A stretch of 36,750 bases of DNA from assembly GCA_003990765.1 (NCBI GenBank), contig RBNJ01000202.1:1-36750 (forward strand), in the 5' to 3' direction. The translations under genes and the position numbers were made by a program. The notes beneath the pieces were generated by a model. It was not told the DNA's origin and searched no databases. It saw nothing but the letters and a program-made list of their open reading frames with translations. Source of the DNA: Jimgerdemannia flammicorona. Its lineage: Eukaryota. Shown here in pieces: positions 34,777-36,750 of this stretch (positions are counted from its first letter, which is position 1; each line of letters opens with the position of its first letter).

Positions 34777-36121
34777 TTATTAGCTTATTTACTAGATTTT
34801 TATTTTATAAATATTTCTATAAGTCTTCAAAAGTAAAATATTTGAATTACTGATATAACTCTTTCTCCTTCTCTTGTCCAAATCTCCTTTAATTCCTATA
34901 TCTCATCATTAAATAAGACTTTGTAATAATATAACATTATTGGTATATCTAAGATTAAATATATATATCAAACTATAGACTAAAAAGAATAAATATTAGA
35001 GAATACTAGCAGATATGTACAAGAATACAAAGCTAGAATAGTTATCCTGATTATATATAACCTAAATGGAAGTTTATAATAAAGTAATTATATCTGACAG
35101 TAAACCTAAGAGTAAAGAGATAGTCTAGATGTAGTTATATCAGTAGAACTCAAGGTATATGTAAAAGGAGAGCTGAATGAAAAGATTGAGTTATAGTAAG
35201 AAAGAGAGCTCCTGGAGTCTAAGTTGTCAAGTAATTTGAGGTTAGAAGTTGAGAATAGAAAATAATATATATAATAAGAGAAGACTTTAATCATACTTTG
35301 AGAAATGCCACCAACTCCAATATATATCTATTTACAAATGAGTGATCTCTGTTCACAGCAATGGAGTTGGCCCCACATTTATAGTCAGCATTATAATCAT
35401 ACAAGAGATGAGAGAGTTGTGGCTATGTGAATGAGTTATAGGTGGTCATCTAATATGGATTTGGGTTTGTGATAGTGATGGTGTATATTTGGAAGTTACT
35501 TGGCATAAATCTGTATTATTTGTTAGACAACAAATAGTATTGTTATCAGGCACCCTGAGTTCTATCTACCAGACTATATTTCTATGAGCTTCTTTTGATC
35601 TACTTCTTATATTCCATCTACTCTATTGCAGTCAACTCTGTTTTGATATATTTATTCAGATCCACTTTATTTTGGTCAATTCTGTCTAGTATGTTGACAT
35701 ACTGAGTAGATTTGAGTTTGTTCTAATCTTACCCACTATCAATCTATGTGCTAAATGGTAAAAATTAGCCCTCTTCTTATCTCTTCCACTTCTGACCATA
35801 CTGATGAAACCAAAAAATTGGCTAAATGCCAGTTCTATATAATTGGCAAAGTTACAAATTTTCAGGAAAAGGGCAAGTAGTCTAGTGGAAAGATTGTTCT
35901 CTGCTAACAGCACAGGGTTCAATCTTATTTGTCACCTTTAAAGACTATAACATCAATATGGGGGTGATCATCTTATATTTTACAAGATATATTTCAGAAT
36001 TCTCTTCATTAGTTTAAAGAAGCCTATAGCTTGAAATGCCTGTTGTGATTATCTGTTCCATGTTACCTCAATAATAATTTTATATATCACTATGACATCT
36101 GATATACTTATATGTACCCAG

Positions 36122-36718
36122 AATCACAAAGGATTGAAATAGAAATTGCTGTCACAAGTAATGTGAAATGTGATATAATACTATGAAATACTTGATATAT
36201 TACTGAATTCCATTTTCAGTATATACAACAAATTCAGCATGTATGTCAAAATCATTTTTCTCATATTTCCCACTATTCTAAATACACATAGACCTCCAAA
36301 ATAATATTGTTATTGATGTCAATGAACTTGCTGATGATTATGAAGCTCCTTTGGTAGAACTCTTTGATGTTTTCAACCAGTTTGTTGATCAGCTTCAAGC
36401 CCTGCATTCTGACCCCAGCCTCAAGCAATTTCTACCTACTGATACAATCCAGGTCATCATCAATGAAGGCCCTCACCATGGCAAACCTTTGGATGGTACA
36501 GAATATTTTGTTCCTATCAGCTCTGATATCAGCAAATGGATTAAGGATTTCAAACAATCAACTGGTGCACATTATGTGAAGTGCAAAAGTGAAGAACCCT
36601 CTGAAAATATTGAATTAAGAGTTGTTTACAAATATCATAGGAGCAGAACATATGAGAGCAAGTCTGGCAAGGATCCCATCAAGAAGGCATGAACAGTTTA
36701 GAAAGAAAGCAAGAAAGT

Positions 36719-36720
<2 letters not shown>
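36122..36720 (+). pseudogene. Probable Mutator-like (MULE) transposase 5' fragment with short introns
   Basis: WIKDFKQSTGAHYV...VYK[C]HRS[G]TYESK...KA[R]TV[Q]KESKKV resembles the YxCxRxG...SxKxxC pattern of the FAR1/WRKY-like DNA-binding domain. GTATGT...CATAG intron at 36241-36291; probable 21 nt exon at 36220-36240. Confidence 0.6.

Positions 36721-36750
<30 letters not shown>

Overview
No intact host gene is visible. The window is a eukaryotic, probably fungal, stack of nested and decayed transposons with almost no CpG left. Left to right: (1) an L1/Tx1-type LINE on the minus strand (LINE-A, 1-5735, runs off the left edge); (2) an AT-rich repeat spacer; (3) a 15.4 kb Ty3/gypsy element on the minus strand (7944-23322) with ~1.45 kb LTRs, ATAT target duplication, tRNA-Pro-type PBS and PPT. 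It carries an in-frame Cys/His-rich insert and a dUTPase between protease and RT, an internal RT/RNase H deletion and an extra ORF after integrase, and is interrupted by a full-length LINE-B (9751-15471, 19 bp TSD); (4) an intron-containing hAT transposase relic; (5) an older LINE-C (~24215-33420) interrupted by an apparently endonuclease-less Penelope-like element (24333-29895) with partial-tandem and fold-back pseudo-LTRs; (6) two tiny 5'-truncated LINE tails with TSDs; (7) a (TC)n tract and the 5' part of a probable intron-containing Mutator-like transposase. Translations were done by eye, restoring stops explained by C>T/G>A changes, and no database search was run.
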